From Vicugna vicugna (Eukaryota): a DNA stretch of 64,000 nucleotides. Of the stretch, positions 25,454-38,152 are shown one piece after another. Under the pieces are notes generated by a model. The model saw nothing but the letters and a program-made list of their open reading frames with translations, was not told the DNA's origin and made no database searches. The stretch covers positions 7,840,407 to 7,904,406 of the forward strand of contig MU058584.1 in assembly GCA_013265495.1 (NCBI GenBank), in the 5' to 3' direction. The position numbers and the translations under genes were made by a program. Positions within the stretch are counted from its first letter, which is position 1, and the number at the start of each line of letters is the position of its first letter.

Positions 25454-26309
25454 GTAGATTTTTGTGGATATGTAATATGTAAATATAAATGTGAACCTAG
25501 CTTCCTTCTAGCCCTAAGTATAATGTCAATATTGTGTTCGAGACCATCTGCAGCAGAATAGTGGGTACAAGTAACCTTTGTGTTTGTGCTGTGTCAAAGC
25601 CACCTTATCATTTTCACAGTTTAAATCTGTCTTTATTCCTAAAAGCCCAGTGGGTGGGGGGGGGGGGCTCAGTTTAATTAGCCATTGGTAGCCTCGTTTG
25701 CACATGCTCCTGTTTAGAAGTATTTCTTTTTAGAAAGGGATGTTTGAGAAAGTTCAGCAGATATGGAAAACCTGAATGTGCTCCCATAGTATCCTGTGCT
25801 TATCTGCCTCCTCTTCCTGTTCAGGTAGGACCCCTTTTGTCTCTAGTTTAGGACTGTGAGGCACTTGCTGAAAAAAAATCTGATCTTTCTCTTTTTTATA
25901 GCCCAGGGTCTGTAATAGGCTTCCATTGTCTAATACTTAATGAATACTTAAACTGAAATGAATGGCTGCTTTCCTGTATCCGTACCTTTTATAACTAGTG
26001 CTATATTTAGTGCTTATTAAGAGACTTATCTTCTAGCAATATTAAAATAACCAAATTAATTACATATCTCAATTAGGAGTGCTTTCTTAATAATCACTGG
26101 AGTCTGTCTCTTTCTTTAGGATTTAGTAACTGAGCAACATGTTCCAGTTGATTAAATTATTCAAGTGATCATTCTTGAGCTTCGCTGGTTTACTGTTATC
26201 ACAGAGCTTTACAGACTTACCCATTACATGTGTGTTTACTTAGGACTAGTAAATCTCTTTCTCCTTTCTGCTTTTTTCCTTTCTCTTTTTCTTCTTTTGG
26301 CTAATCTGT

Positions 26310-26900
26310 CTTTTTATAAGTGAATTTTTAAAGTATAATTTGTACAGGAAAATGTAATTATCATATGTAAAGCTTGATGGATTTTTCACAAACTGAACAA
26401 ACTGAACCAACACCCAGAGTAAGAAACAGAACATTATCCAGCACCCCAGAAACTTCTTTGTGCTCTTTTAGTCAGTACCCATCCCCCTCCCAGGGTAGCC
26501 ACTACGTATTTGACATTGATTGTAAGGTCCACCATGTCTTTGAGTATAGTTACGGTTTGTTTACTCTCATTCCTGTATAGTATTCCATTATACAAATATA
26601 CCACACATTAATCATTTACATTTGGATTATTTTCAGTTTGAAACTATTACATATCTTTTGGTGAGCACATGTATGCACATCTGTTGAGTATATCCCTCGA
26701 AATGAGATTGCCGGATCATAAGATTGTACATATTCCACTTTATTAAATACTGCCACACAGTTTTCCAGAGTGTTGTGTGAATCTGCCCTCCCGTCAGCTA
26801 TGTTTGAGGGTTCTACATTCCAGTTAACATTTAGTATTGTTGGCCTCTTACCTTTTCTGGTGGGTGTACATGCATTACTTATTTGAGCTGTATTCATGTG
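26310..26900 (-). mobile_element. Old L1M 3'-end relic
   Basis: agaaacagaacattatccagcaccccagaa; cctgtatagtattccattatac. Confidence 0.75.
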
Positions 26901-27174
26901 ATTAGGGAATATGTTGGAGATGATTTTCCTTCTCAGCATTTCTTGTTTTATTTCAAATTAGTTGAAATCATGACTGTTTTACTGTTTCTCTTTTCTTTAT
27001 GTAACTCTTCAAGGCCAGTTAGAATAGCCTTTTCTACCTGATAGTAGAATTACTTCTACTTTAACCAACTATGTCTTCTTGGTTCATCTTTGCAGTTAAA
27101 ACAGTTAAGGACAGTAGGCAGGAAACTGGTTTTGTTTATTGTTCATTAACGTTAAGTATATTCAGATTGATATG

Positions 27175-30125
27175 AAACATCTCCAAAACTTTTTCATTTC
27201 GTAAATCTGAAACTGTATCCATGACACAAGTCCCTTTTTTCCCTCCTCCCAGCCCCTGGTAACCATAATTGCATTTTCTGTTTCTATGAATTTGACTACT
27301 TTAGATACTTAATTTGAAGTGGAATCATGTATTATTTGTCTTTCCCTGACTGGCTTATTTTACTTAGTGTAATGTCCTCAAGTTTCATCTGTGCAGTAGC
27401 ATGTAACGGTTTTCTTCTTTCTTAAGACTGAACAATATTCCATTATACAGATACATACCATGTTTTGTTTATTCATCTATTGATAGGCATTTGGGTTGCT
27501 TCTACCTCTTGGCTGTTGTGAAATAGTGCTGCTCTGAACATGAGTGTGCAAATACCTCTTTAAGACCTTGCTTTCAGTTCTTCTGGACATACTGTTGACC
27601 CTCGAACAGTGCGGGAGTTAGGGACGCTGACCCTCTGTGCAGTTGGAAGTTCACATACAATTTATAGTCAGCCTTCCATGTTCATGTTACTCTGTATCTG
27701 GGGTTCTCCATCTGTAGATTCAACCAGCCACAATTGTATAATACTTAGTATTTACTGTTGCAAAAAATCTGCATATAAGCGGACTCATGGTTCAGACCCA
27801 TGTTGTTCAAAGGTCAGCTATATACCCAAGTGGGATTGCTGGATCATATGATAGTTCTATTTTTTGAGGAACCTTTATACTGTTTTTCATAGTGGTTACA
27901 CCATTTTACAGTTCCATCGACTGCACAGTTTTCTCCACGTCCTCACAATACTTGTTTTCTTTTTTTTTGATAGTAGCCTTCCTAATAGGTGTGAGGTGTT
28001 ATCTCATTGTGCTTTTGATTTGCATTGCTCTGATGATTAGTGGTGTTGAGCATCATTTCATGTGCTTGTTGGCCATTTGTAAATCGTTTTTGAAATGTTT
28101 ATTCAAGTCTTTTGCTCCTTTGTTGAGGGTTTTTTTTTTGATGTTTAGTTATAAGAGTTCTTTATATATTCTAGATATTAATCCCTTATCAGATATATGA
28201 CTTGCAGATATATTCTCCCATTATATAGGTTGCATTTTCACTCTGATTTTGCGCTTTGATGGACAGAAGTTTTTTTTAAATTTGATATAGTCCCATTTGT
28301 CTGCTTTTGCTTTTGTTACTTGTACTTTAAATGTTGTATCCAAGAAATCATTGCCATAGCCAATGTCATGAAGTTTTTCCCTATGTTTTCTTCTAAGAAT
28401 TTTATAGTTTTAGGTTTTATATTTATATTTTTAATCCATTTTGAGTTAATTTTTTAATATGGTGTAAGCTAATGGTTCAACTCTTTTTTTTTTTTCTTTT
28501 TTTTTGGCATGTGGATATCCAGTTTTCCCAGCACCATTTGTTGAAGAGACTGTCATTCTCCATTGAGTGGTCTTGACACCCTTGTTGAAGATATTTGACT
28601 ATTATGTTTGAGGGTTTATTTCTGGGCTCTTTTTTTCTATTCCATTTTTCTATGTGTTTTTATACCAGTACTACCACACTGTTTTGATTACATTTGGAAT
28701 GTGTTTTGAAATCAGAAAGTGTGAGTCCTCTAACTTCGTTCTTCTTTTTTGAAATTGTTTTGCTTATTTAAGGTCAGTTGGGATTTGCTATAAATTTTAG
28801 AATGTATTTTTCTCTTTCATTAAAAAATGCTGTTGAGATTTTGGTAGGGATTATGTTGAATCTGTAGATTGCTTTGTAGTGTGGACATCTTAATATTATG
28901 TCTTCCAGTCATGAACATGAGGTGTCATTCCATTTGTTTGTGTCTTCTTCAGTTTCTCTCATTAGTGTTTGTAATTTTCAGGTGTACAAATCTTTCACTT
29001 CCTTAGTGAGGCTTATTCCTAAGTATTTTATTCTTTTTGATACTATAGGTTTGATAAATAGAATTGTTTTCTTAATTTCCTATTTGGCTTGTTCATTGTT
29101 ACTGTGTAAGAGCACAGCTCATGTTTATGTTGATTTTGTATCCTGCAATTTTGCTGAATTCATTTAGTTCTAACAGGTTTTTTTTGGTAAGATTTTAAGG
29201 TTTTCTATATAAAAGATTATGTTATATCATCTCTGAACAGAGATAATTTTACCTCTTTTTTTCCAACTTAGATGCCTTTTCTTTTCTTTTCTTTTCTTGA
29301 CCAATTGGGCCGGCTAGGACTTCCAACAGTTTATTGAACGGAAGTGATGAGAGCACATATCCTTGCTTTCTTCCTGATCTTAGAGGAAAAACTTTCAGTC
29401 TTTTCACCGTTGAATACTATGTTAAGCTGTGGGCTTTTCATAAATGGTCTTTACTATGTAGAGGCAGTTTCCTTCTTTCCTAATTTACTGAATATGTTTT
29501 TGTCATGAAAGGGTGTTAAATTTTGTCATACGCTTTTTCTGCATCAGTTGAGATGATCATTTGGTTTTTGTCCTCCATTCTGTTAATCTGTGACAGACTA
29601 CATTGATTTTCATGTGTTGAAACACCCTTGTATTCTAAGAATAAATCTTGCTCATTTTTGGTGTGTAATCCTTTTAACGTGCTGTCTGATTTGGTTTGTT
29701 AATACTGCACTGAGGATTTTTGTACCAGGATTCATCAGGGAGATTGGTCTGTAGTAGTCTTTTCTCATCGTGCCTTTGGCTTTGGCATCAGGGTAATGCT
29801 GGCTTTATAGAATAAGCATGGAAGTGTTAACCTCCTCTGCAGATTTTCTGAAGAGTTTCAGGAGGATTGCTGTTAATTCTTGTTTAAATGGTTGGCAGAA
29901 ATCTCTGGTGGAGCCATCTGGTCCTAGGCTTTTCTTTGTTGGGAGGTTTTTGATTACTGATTCAATTTTCTTAGTTGTTACTGGTCTGTTCATATTTTGG
30001 TTCTTTATGATTTAGTCTTGGTAAGTGTGTTTCTAGGATTTTATCCACTTCTAAGTTTCTAATTTGTTGGAGTACAGTTGTTCATAGTAGTCTCATATTT
30101 CTGTGGCATTGTTTGTGATGTCCCT
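27175..30125 (-). mobile_element. About 3-kb L1 (L1MB-like; 3' UTR and ORF2), interrupted by a MITE
   Basis: ORF 29805..29993(-) NRPVTTKKIESVIKNLPTKKSLGPDG is L1 ORF2; continuous L1 antisense sequence. Confidence 0.92.
27592..27820 (+). mobile_element. TcMar-Tigger MITE (MER8-like) nested in L1
   Basis: TIRs ctgttgaccctcgaaca ... tgttcaaaggtcagcta; TA on both sides; splits the L1 motif gga(c)atatacccaag. Confidence 0.85.
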
Positions 30126-30384
30126 TGTCTTATTTTATTATAAAGCTTAGTATTTTGTACGAAGTTGATACGCGTTAGTACAGAATTAGAAAATTACATA
30201 ATCTCTTGCCTTTTAAGCATTTGAGGTTATGCAATAACTGGACTTAGATGATCCATGTTGTAACATAAATTATTTAATTCATTGTAAGTGTTATTCTCTT
30301 AGTGTCCTTCCTCTCTCTCCTCAAGTTTATGCTTTGATTTGTGTTAACTGGCCAGGTAGACCGAAATTGTTCTGATTTCTGTAA

Positions 30385-31830
30385 CACATTTTTATCGTGA
30401 AATATAAATGAAATACAAAAGTGTGTAAAACTGAAATGTATAATGTGTCAAGTAATTATAAGGTGAACACCTGTGTAACTGACATCCAGATCAAGAAATA
30501 GAATAAGGCCAGCACTTTCGGTATTGCTCCTGATAGAGGTAACTATCTTGACTTAATCAGACTCTTGATTCTTGATTTTCTTAATGATTTTACCATCACT
30601 GTTTGGATTCCTCAACAGTATAATTTGATTTTTGCCTGGTTTTGAGCTTTTGATAAATGAAATCATACCATACTCTTTTTGTCTTCTTTCCTTCAACATT
30701 CTATTTGTAAGATTCGTATACATGATTATATTCCATCTCAGTGTTGTATAATGTTTCAGTAACCAACTAAATCACAATGTAGTTATTCTTTCTGCTGTGT
30801 TGCTTACAGTTTGGGGTGTTAGGAATAATGCTGCAGTAAACATTCCCTTTGTTTGTATACCAGCACATAGTTGTGTGAATTTCTCTAGGAATATTACCTA
30901 GATGTAAATGCTGGGTTGGAGGGTATGTTCATGTACAAGTTACAAGATAATGGCAAACTTTTCCAAAGTGGTCTTAACAGTTTATCCTTCCACCAGCACC
31001 ATGAGAAGTTCCATTTTTCTACAGTCTTGCCAACAAACATTTAGAATTGTCAAGTTTTAAAGTGTTTCTTAACCTCATTGCAGTTGTAACTTGCATTTAC
31101 CTGATTACTAAGGAAGCTGAGCATGTTATGCCTTTTAGTCATTTGACTTTCCTTGTCATTAAAATGTTTTGCCTATTCTTCTATTGAGTTATCTCTTTCT
31201 TAGTGGTTTATAGCTTTTATTTTAAGATTTGGATCCTAATTGTTGATTGGTTAAATATGTTACAGATATCTTATTTCACTGTGAGACTTAATATGGTTTA
31301 CTTTTTTTACATGGAGTCTTTAAGTAAGAGAAGCAGCTCTAATTCTAATGTAATCAATTTTATGAATTTTTTTTCCCATATGGTTAGTTCTCTTTTGTTT
31401 AAACAGAATTTTTTTACTCCAGGTTTGTGGATGATATTTTAAAATTTTTCTTTCAAATGTTTGCTTTGGCTTTTACTTCTAGGTCTTTAGTCTACCTGGA
31501 ATTGATTTTTTTATATATGGTGTTAGGTAGGGTTTCCAATATAAAATTTTGTTTGAAATTCAGTTGTTTCAGTTTTCTTGGCCATTACTGGCTCTTTGTT
31601 TCCATATAAATCTAGAAACATTTATTAAGAGTTCCATCAAAAAGATTATTGGGCTTTTGATTGAGATTACATTGACTATCAGTTTAGGAAGAACATAGCA
31701 TCTCTGTTTACTCCAATCCAAAATGGTCAAACTTTTGGGATTTTTATTGCTGGAATATTTTTCGATGCTGTTGAAAATGACAAAATGTGTGTGTTTATTC
31801 CTGGTATGTAGAACTGGAATGGATTTTTGG
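30385..31830 (-). mobile_element. Degraded L1ME-like element
   Basis: atccagatcaagaaatagaat, ttccaaagtggt...ttccaccagca; boundaries approximate. Confidence 0.65.
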
Positions 31831-33174
31831 TGCTGTTGAGGTGATCTGTGTGCTTATTGACTGCTCGCTGATGTAACCACTTCTGATGGAAGGGTATTTC
31901 TCCAGCTAAAATAGTAGATTGATCTGTTTCTTCTTACAGTTCTACCAGTTTTTTGTGTCATGTGACACTCTGTTATGAGATGAATACACATTAAGGATTA
32001 TTATGTCTTCTTGGAGTATTGACCACTTTATCATTATGAAACGCCCCTCTTTATCCTTGATAAAATTCCTTGCTCTGACGTCTGCTTTGTCTGAGATTAG
32101 TATACTCCTCCTGCTTTCTTTTGATTTGTGTTAGCAAGGGATATTTTTCTTTATTCGTATACTGTTAACCTGTGTGTATCTTTATATTTAAAATGAGTTT
32201 CTTGTAAGCAACATATAATTCTTATTTTTTCATCCCTCTTAAAATCTTTTAAATTGGTATATTTAGGTCATTGATGTTTAAAGTGATTATTGATATAGCT
32301 GGATTACTGTTTACCATATTTGTTGCTGTTTTCTATTTGCTATCCTTGTTCTTTGTTCGTGTTACTGTTTTCCATACTTTTTCTGCCTTTTGTGGTTTTA
32401 ACTGAACATATTATGTGATTTCGTTTTTCTCCTTTCATAACATGTTACACTTAAGAAAATTTTTTTCTAGTGGTTGTCCTAGGGTTTGCAATATACATTC
32501 TACAACGAATGCAAGTCTACTTTCAAGTAACATTATACTGCTTTACAGGTGGTGCAAGTATTTTACGATAACAAAGTATCCCTAATTCCTCCCTTTCATC
32601 CCTTATATCATTGTTGTCATTCTTTTTACTTCTACATAAGCATATATATGTGTACACACACACACACACACACACAGTGTACTCAGATACATTGTTGCTT
32701 TTATTGTTTTGAACAAATTGTTATGTTAGATGGATTAAAAATAAGAAAAGTAAAAGTTTGTATTTTACCTTTATTTATTCCTTCTCTGATGCTCTTCTTT
32801 TCTTTATTTAGATCTGAGTTTCTGACCGATATTATTTTCCTCCCTCCTGAAGAACTACTTTTAATATTTGTTGTAAGGCAGGTCTGTTAGCAATAATTCA
32901 TCAATTTTGCTTGTATCTTTGATTTTTTTGAAGTGTGTATATGATATGCCTGGATGTAGTATTTTTGGCATTTGTCCTGCTTGGTGTTTTCAGAGTTTCC
33001 CGGATCTGTGGTTTGGTGTCTGACATTATTTGGGGAAATTCTCTGTCATTATTACTTAAAATATTGCTTCTCTTTTTTCCTTTATTCTTACCTTTCTGGT
33101 ATTCTCATAACTCATATGTTACACTGTTTGTAGTTGTCCTGCAGTTTTTGGATATTCTGCTATTCTTTTTTTTT

Positions 33175-33176
<2 letters not shown>

Positions 33177-33240
<64 letters not shown>
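33177..33240. repeat. 64-nt poly-T run
   Basis: Seen directly. Confidence 0.95.
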
Positions 33241-33241
<1 letters not shown>

Positions 33242-33626
33242 GTCTTCTCTTTGCTTTTTTGTTTTGGAAGTTCATACTGTCATATCTGCAAGCTCAGTGA
33301 TTCTTTGCTCAGCTATGTCCAGTCTACTAATGAAACCATCAAAAGCATTCTTCATTTCTGTTACTGTATTTGGTCTCTGGCATTTCTTTAATTTTTTTTA
33401 AAATTTCTCTGCTTACATTATCCATCTGTCCTTGCATGTTGTCTACTTTTTTCTATTTAAGCCCCTAGTGTATTAATCATGGATTTTAAAAATTCCTGGC
33501 CTAATAATTCCAACATTCCCTGCCATATCTAACTCTGCTTCTAATGCTTCTTTAGTCTTTTCAGACTGTGTTTTTTGCTCTTTTTTAATGGCTTATAATT
33601 TTTTGTTGAAAGGGGAATATAACGCA

Positions 33627-34084
33627 CAGGCAGTACCCAGCTTATGGTGGTTCACCTTAACAATGGTTTTAGTAAAAATCATACTTTTAATTTTAAATTT
33701 TGACATTTCCCTGGCTAGCGATACGCATTACAGCACTCTCTCATGATGCTGGGCAGGAGCAGGAAGCTGCCAGTCCCACTCAGCTACACAATCCCAAGAG
33801 TAAACAGCTAATTCACTTCCAGCCATTCTGTCTCCATACAGTCACCCTATTTTTTCACTTTCGGTAATGAATTATATGAGATATTCAGCACTCTATTGTA
33901 AAATAGGCTTTGTGTTAGATGGTTTTGCCCAACTGTGACTACTGTAAGTTTTCTGGGCACACTTAAGGTAGGCTAGGCTAAGCCATGATGTGTGGTAGGT
34001 TAGATGTATTAAACGCATTTTCGACTTAACGAGATTTTCAACTTAACCATACATTTATTGGAATTATAAGTTAAGGAAGGTCTG
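33627..34084 (-). mobile_element. TcMar-Tigger element (MER47/Tigger5-like)
   Basis: Reverse complement aagtcgaaaatgcgtttaatacatctaacctacc...gcttagcctagcctaccttaa matches my recollection of MER47. Confidence 0.8.
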
Positions 34085-34833
34085 TACTTGGTAAAAAGGA
34101 ACTGCAGTAGATAGACCTTCAGTAATGTAGTGGTGAGGTATGGAGGTAGAGGAAGCATTCGGTAGTCCTGTGATTAGGTCTCCGTCTCTTGGTGAGCCTT
34201 TGTGCCTGTACTGTGAACTTCACCAGTGCTTCTCAGGTTTCCCCTTTCCGCAGTGCAGGTTAGGCTCTGGGAAAAGAGTTTTTCCTAAAGGCAGGCCATG
34301 TTAAGATTGGAATGCTCTGGCGTGTTTCAAAATGATAAGAAACTGGTAGAGCTTTTGGAGGTAAAACTCATAAAAGTATGCCCCCTCCCTCCGCTGTTGG
34401 GTCTCCCTTGGAGTTTTTAACTTACAGACTTGTCTACATTGGATGTCCAGCAATTTGCCAATTATAATTCAAGTTCTACTAACCAGGTACTTGTTCTCAC
34501 AGAGATTTCTGCTCAGATAAGTTGTAGTTCTCTGTATTCCCCCGTGTGTCTCCAGGTTTGGGGACAGCAGTTTACCGTGTGACCTCGCTTCTCTGGTGGA
34601 TCTAAGAAGAGCTGTTTTTTGTGTGTTGATCTTTTTACTTGTTATTAGGACAGAGGGGCAACTTCTAAGCTTCTTACATGCCGGACTGGAACTGGAAGTC
34701 CCTAGATTTTTGTACTGATTTTATATACAGCAATGTTGTTTTACTCAGATAGTTCATTTGTAGGTTATTTTGGCTTTTCTGTGAATACAGGCACATCTTT
34801 TGAAAATAGACAATTCTTTTCCTTTTTTCCTTT

Positions 34834-34862
34834 TTTAAACATTTTTTATTGAGTTATAGTCA
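34834..34862 (-). mobile_element. 29-bp extremely 5'-truncated L1 tail with 16-bp TSD
   Basis: Reverse complement tgactataactcaataaaaaatgtttaaa; TSD tttccttttttccttt at 34818-34833 and 34863-34878. Confidence 0.75.
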
Positions 34863-37189
34863 TTTCCTTTTTTCCTTTAAATCAAATTGAGGACAAAAAA
34901 AATCTTTGTACTGTTTAAGAGGTAAAAGTACTGATTAACTTTAGATTTTCATAAGTACTTGTAGTTTCTAAGGTAACCAGGAAAAGTGGAGAAAATTTTG
35001 ACTTATATGTTATTGTTCTTTTGTATTTTTTCCTGTTTAGTTTTAATTCAGCAATGTATTTTTTTATTAATATTCATTTAAATGTACTTACATATGTACC
35101 AATTTCTTCATTCTTCAGTTCTTTTTAAGACCTTCCATTTGTTGTGACTTTCATTCATACTGAAAAATTCTTTTTTTCTTCTTTATTCCTATTTAAATTT
35201 GTTGGGATCTTTGAATCTCTAATTTGGTATTTTTTTGTCAATACTGGAAAATTCTTAGCCATTATTTTTCTCCCAAGAGCACTACTTTTGCCTCATTCGC
35301 CTTTAGAATCTCCATTTAAGTCTGTTAGTACTTTTCCTATGTCCCTTTTGTCTCTGAAACTCTTTTTGATTGCCTTTGCAATATTCTGGATAATTTCTTT
35401 TGACCTATATTTCAAGCCACACATTCTGCCTAATATAGTCTGCTATTACATTCATCCTTTGGGACTTTCGTTTGTTATTACAGTTTTCATTTCTAGGAGT
35501 TCTTTCAGTGTTTTTTTTTAAACATCTAGGTCCTTTATTCTTGTTTTATGTTTCCTATAGAAATTTTCAAGCTTGTTTTTTATTTAAACAGAGTAAGTAT
35601 AACAGTCTTTCTCGTCTATGATAATTCTGATATGTTAAATCTTTGTAAATCTGTCAGTAATTGTTTTTGCAGGCTCGTGCTCAAGGTGCTTTATGTACTT
35701 GTGTACTTAGTTTTCAGTTTCCTAGTCCTTCTAGAAGAATTGTTTGTAGAGATAATCTGAGGGGTAGAACATGGGTCCTTACTCCAGAGAGGATGTGTTT
35801 GCGTTAGTCAGGAATACTTTAATGGCTCATTGAGGCTTGTTGCCCTGGCAGGCGATGGGAATTCGGGCTGTAAGTCCCTGTTCATTCTTTCTCCGAGGAT
35901 GTAGCTTTGGAGCCCCAGCTTCCTGTGGGGTGAGGGAGGGTGTCTTACTAGGCAGCTGCTTTGAGCAGGCCCTGAGGTTGACTGCTGATCCAGTCCCTTA
36001 ACGCCATCAGAACTAAAGTTCAAATATTCTTGCATTGGCAAATGCTCTTAGGATTTTTGTGTTCCCCTTGACTGTCTGGAATTCCTACTTTTCTTTCAGT
36101 TTTGCCTGGGATTACTTACTTAGTCTTGACAGCCTTTCAGGGCTGTGAGTGATTTAAAAAACAATTGTCAAATTTAGTTGCTGTCAATGGAGAGGTTGAT
36201 CTGAAAAACATTAAGAGCCATTCCTAGAAGTAGATGTCAGATTCTTTAAGAAAGCAATCTGAATGAGGTTAGTAATCTCATAGAAATGACTAAAGAAATA
36301 TTTGGATATTTTTATGTATTTGGTGACTTTCTCAAATTTCTAGGACATAATGTAAAAATTGGTTGAATCGTGTTATTAGTAAATTTCTGATACATGAAGT
36401 TTTATAGTGAATTTGCTACTTAAACTTCTACCTGTATCAGACCATAAGTCATTTACTTTTAGTGGGTTGAGTAGGACTAAAGTCTCATAGCCCCTCATAT
36501 ATTTTATATGTATGTTTATCTTGTCAGTGTATGGGTGGTACAGAGCAGTCTTGAATGTGCTTAAAGTAATGAAATCTTAGGAACCTAAAACTCTGTTTCT
36601 AATTTATTTACCATGCCAGAAGTGTTTTATTCATTATTGCTTGATCATTTATATTACATGTTCCAACTGTTTTAAGATTTTGAGTTCATAGTTTTGATCA
36701 CAATAAATCGTAGTAATAAATAGATAAAACTCCTTTGATCTATTTTTGTCAGTGTGTTCCCTTAACTGGTTTCAGTACACAGTCAAACTGCTTTCTGCAC
36801 GTAGTTAACCCATATTTGCAGCATCGGTAGAAAAATATGCAGATGATCTGTAGATTTGGTATTAGCTTACCTGGTAATGTTATTTTCCTCATCAGGTAAG
36901 AGAGTGACCTAGCCCAGAGAAGCATCCTTTCTGTGTTGACTGATAGCCAGCTGTTTAAAAACGTATGCAGGTTGTTTGAAAATGACCAATCAAGCCCCAG
37001 ATAATGACACCCTCTCCTACCTTGTTGCTTTTGGCTTACTAATTTCAACTGCATAAATATATGATTAACCTGGTATGACTATAAGTTCATTGGCTCTCTC
37101 AGGAAAATAATCATAAAGGGATAATGTGTTATTTATAGTATTTAATCTACTTTACATCTTACATGTGTCTTATTTTTTCTTACTTGTAG

Positions 37190-37245
37190 TAGACCCAAAT
37201 GAGCTGTATATCGTAGAACCCCTCAAGTTCTCACCAGAAAAAAAG
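37190..37245 (+). CDS. SUCO: SUCO penultimate coding exon
   Basis: cttgtag(tag) tandem acceptor / gtaatg; 56 nt, phase 1/0; (V)DPNELYIVEPLKFSPEKK. Confidence 0.95.
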
Positions 37246-37390
37246 GTAATGTTTTGTTTCCTTTTAAGTGTATTGGTGTATTCTGTGGTAGTAGATGAAA
37301 AACAGGTGGAAATTTTACTATAGCCTGTAAGTGGTCCTTAAACTTTTACTATTTATTTTCAGTCATGATAATGATATAAATAAGCGTTGA

Positions 37391-37575
37391 CAGGGGTCAG
37401 CAAACTCTGACCCACAGGCCATGGATATATATACATGTGGCCTGTTTTGTATGGGCCTGGAGCCATTTTTAAAGTGTTGTAAGATGAAAAAGAATATGCA
37501 AGAGAAAGTATGTGACCTGAAAAGCCTAAAATACTTACTGTCTGGCTTTTTACAGAAAAAGCTTGCTGACCCCTG
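37391..37575. mobile_element. hAT-Charlie MITE (MER58A-like)
   Basis: TIRs caggggtcagcaaact ... agcttgctgacccctg. Confidence 0.85.
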
Positions 37576-37710
37576 GCTGACAGGTGTTATTTATTGTCAG
37601 TGCATGTCAGGTACAGGATGTGCGCTGTTCCTGTAATGCTCATACAACTAAAGAAGATACTATCCCCATTTTTTAAATGAGAAAACTGAAACTCAGAGTT
37701 TTTATCTTCT

Positions 37711-37851
37711 TTTTTTTTAATTTTTTAACTTTTTTATGGGGGGTGATAGTTAGGTTTATTTATTTATTTTTAATGGAGGTACTGGGGATTGAACCCAGGA
37801 CCTCGTGCATGCTAAGCAGGCACTCTGCCACTACTGAACTATACTCTCCCC
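37711..37851 (-). mobile_element. Camelid tRNA-derived SINE (Vic-1-like) inserted in a MIR
   Basis: ggtactggggattgaacccaggacctcgtgcatgctaagc; poly-T tail; imperfect TSD tatcttct / tgtcttct. Confidence 0.88.
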
Positions 37852-37994
37852 TTGTGTCTTCTCTAAATGACCCATTAAATAGGTGACAAAAATCAGGATA
37901 TACTTAGGCTTTTTTGGTTACAAAGTATGCGCTTTTTCCATTCTGCCTCTCGAAGTAAGTTGTATTCATTTTGACTGTCTCTAGGCAAAAGAAC

Positions 37995-38152
37995 TTGGCC
38001 ATTAAAGCCAAAGAGCCTGGGGTTCAGTTCCAACTTGGCCACTTACTACATTGTAACGGGGGCAGGGAACGAACCTGTGAACCCTGGTTTTCTCATTTGG
38101 TAACGGATGAAATACCTTGCAGGGTTAGTAAGATAACACCTGAAAGTGACTA
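37995..38152 (+). mobile_element. MIR (5' part; resumes at about 39185-39235 after an insertion)
   Basis: cctggggttcagttccaacttggccacttacta...ccctggttttctcatt...cttgcagggtt. Confidence 0.65.

Larger units (their letters stand above)
31830..34705 (-). mobile_element. Old L1M 5' region (ORF1 and start of ORF2), interrupted by poly-T and a Tigger element
   Basis: attgaccactttatcattatgaaacgcccctctttatcc (L1 EN region, antisense); ctatgtccagtctactaatga. Confidence 0.75.

Noticed and set aside
27892..35760. Many hydrophobic Phe/Leu-rich ORFs
   Set aside because: Antisense translations of T-rich L1 sequence and poly-T, not membrane proteins
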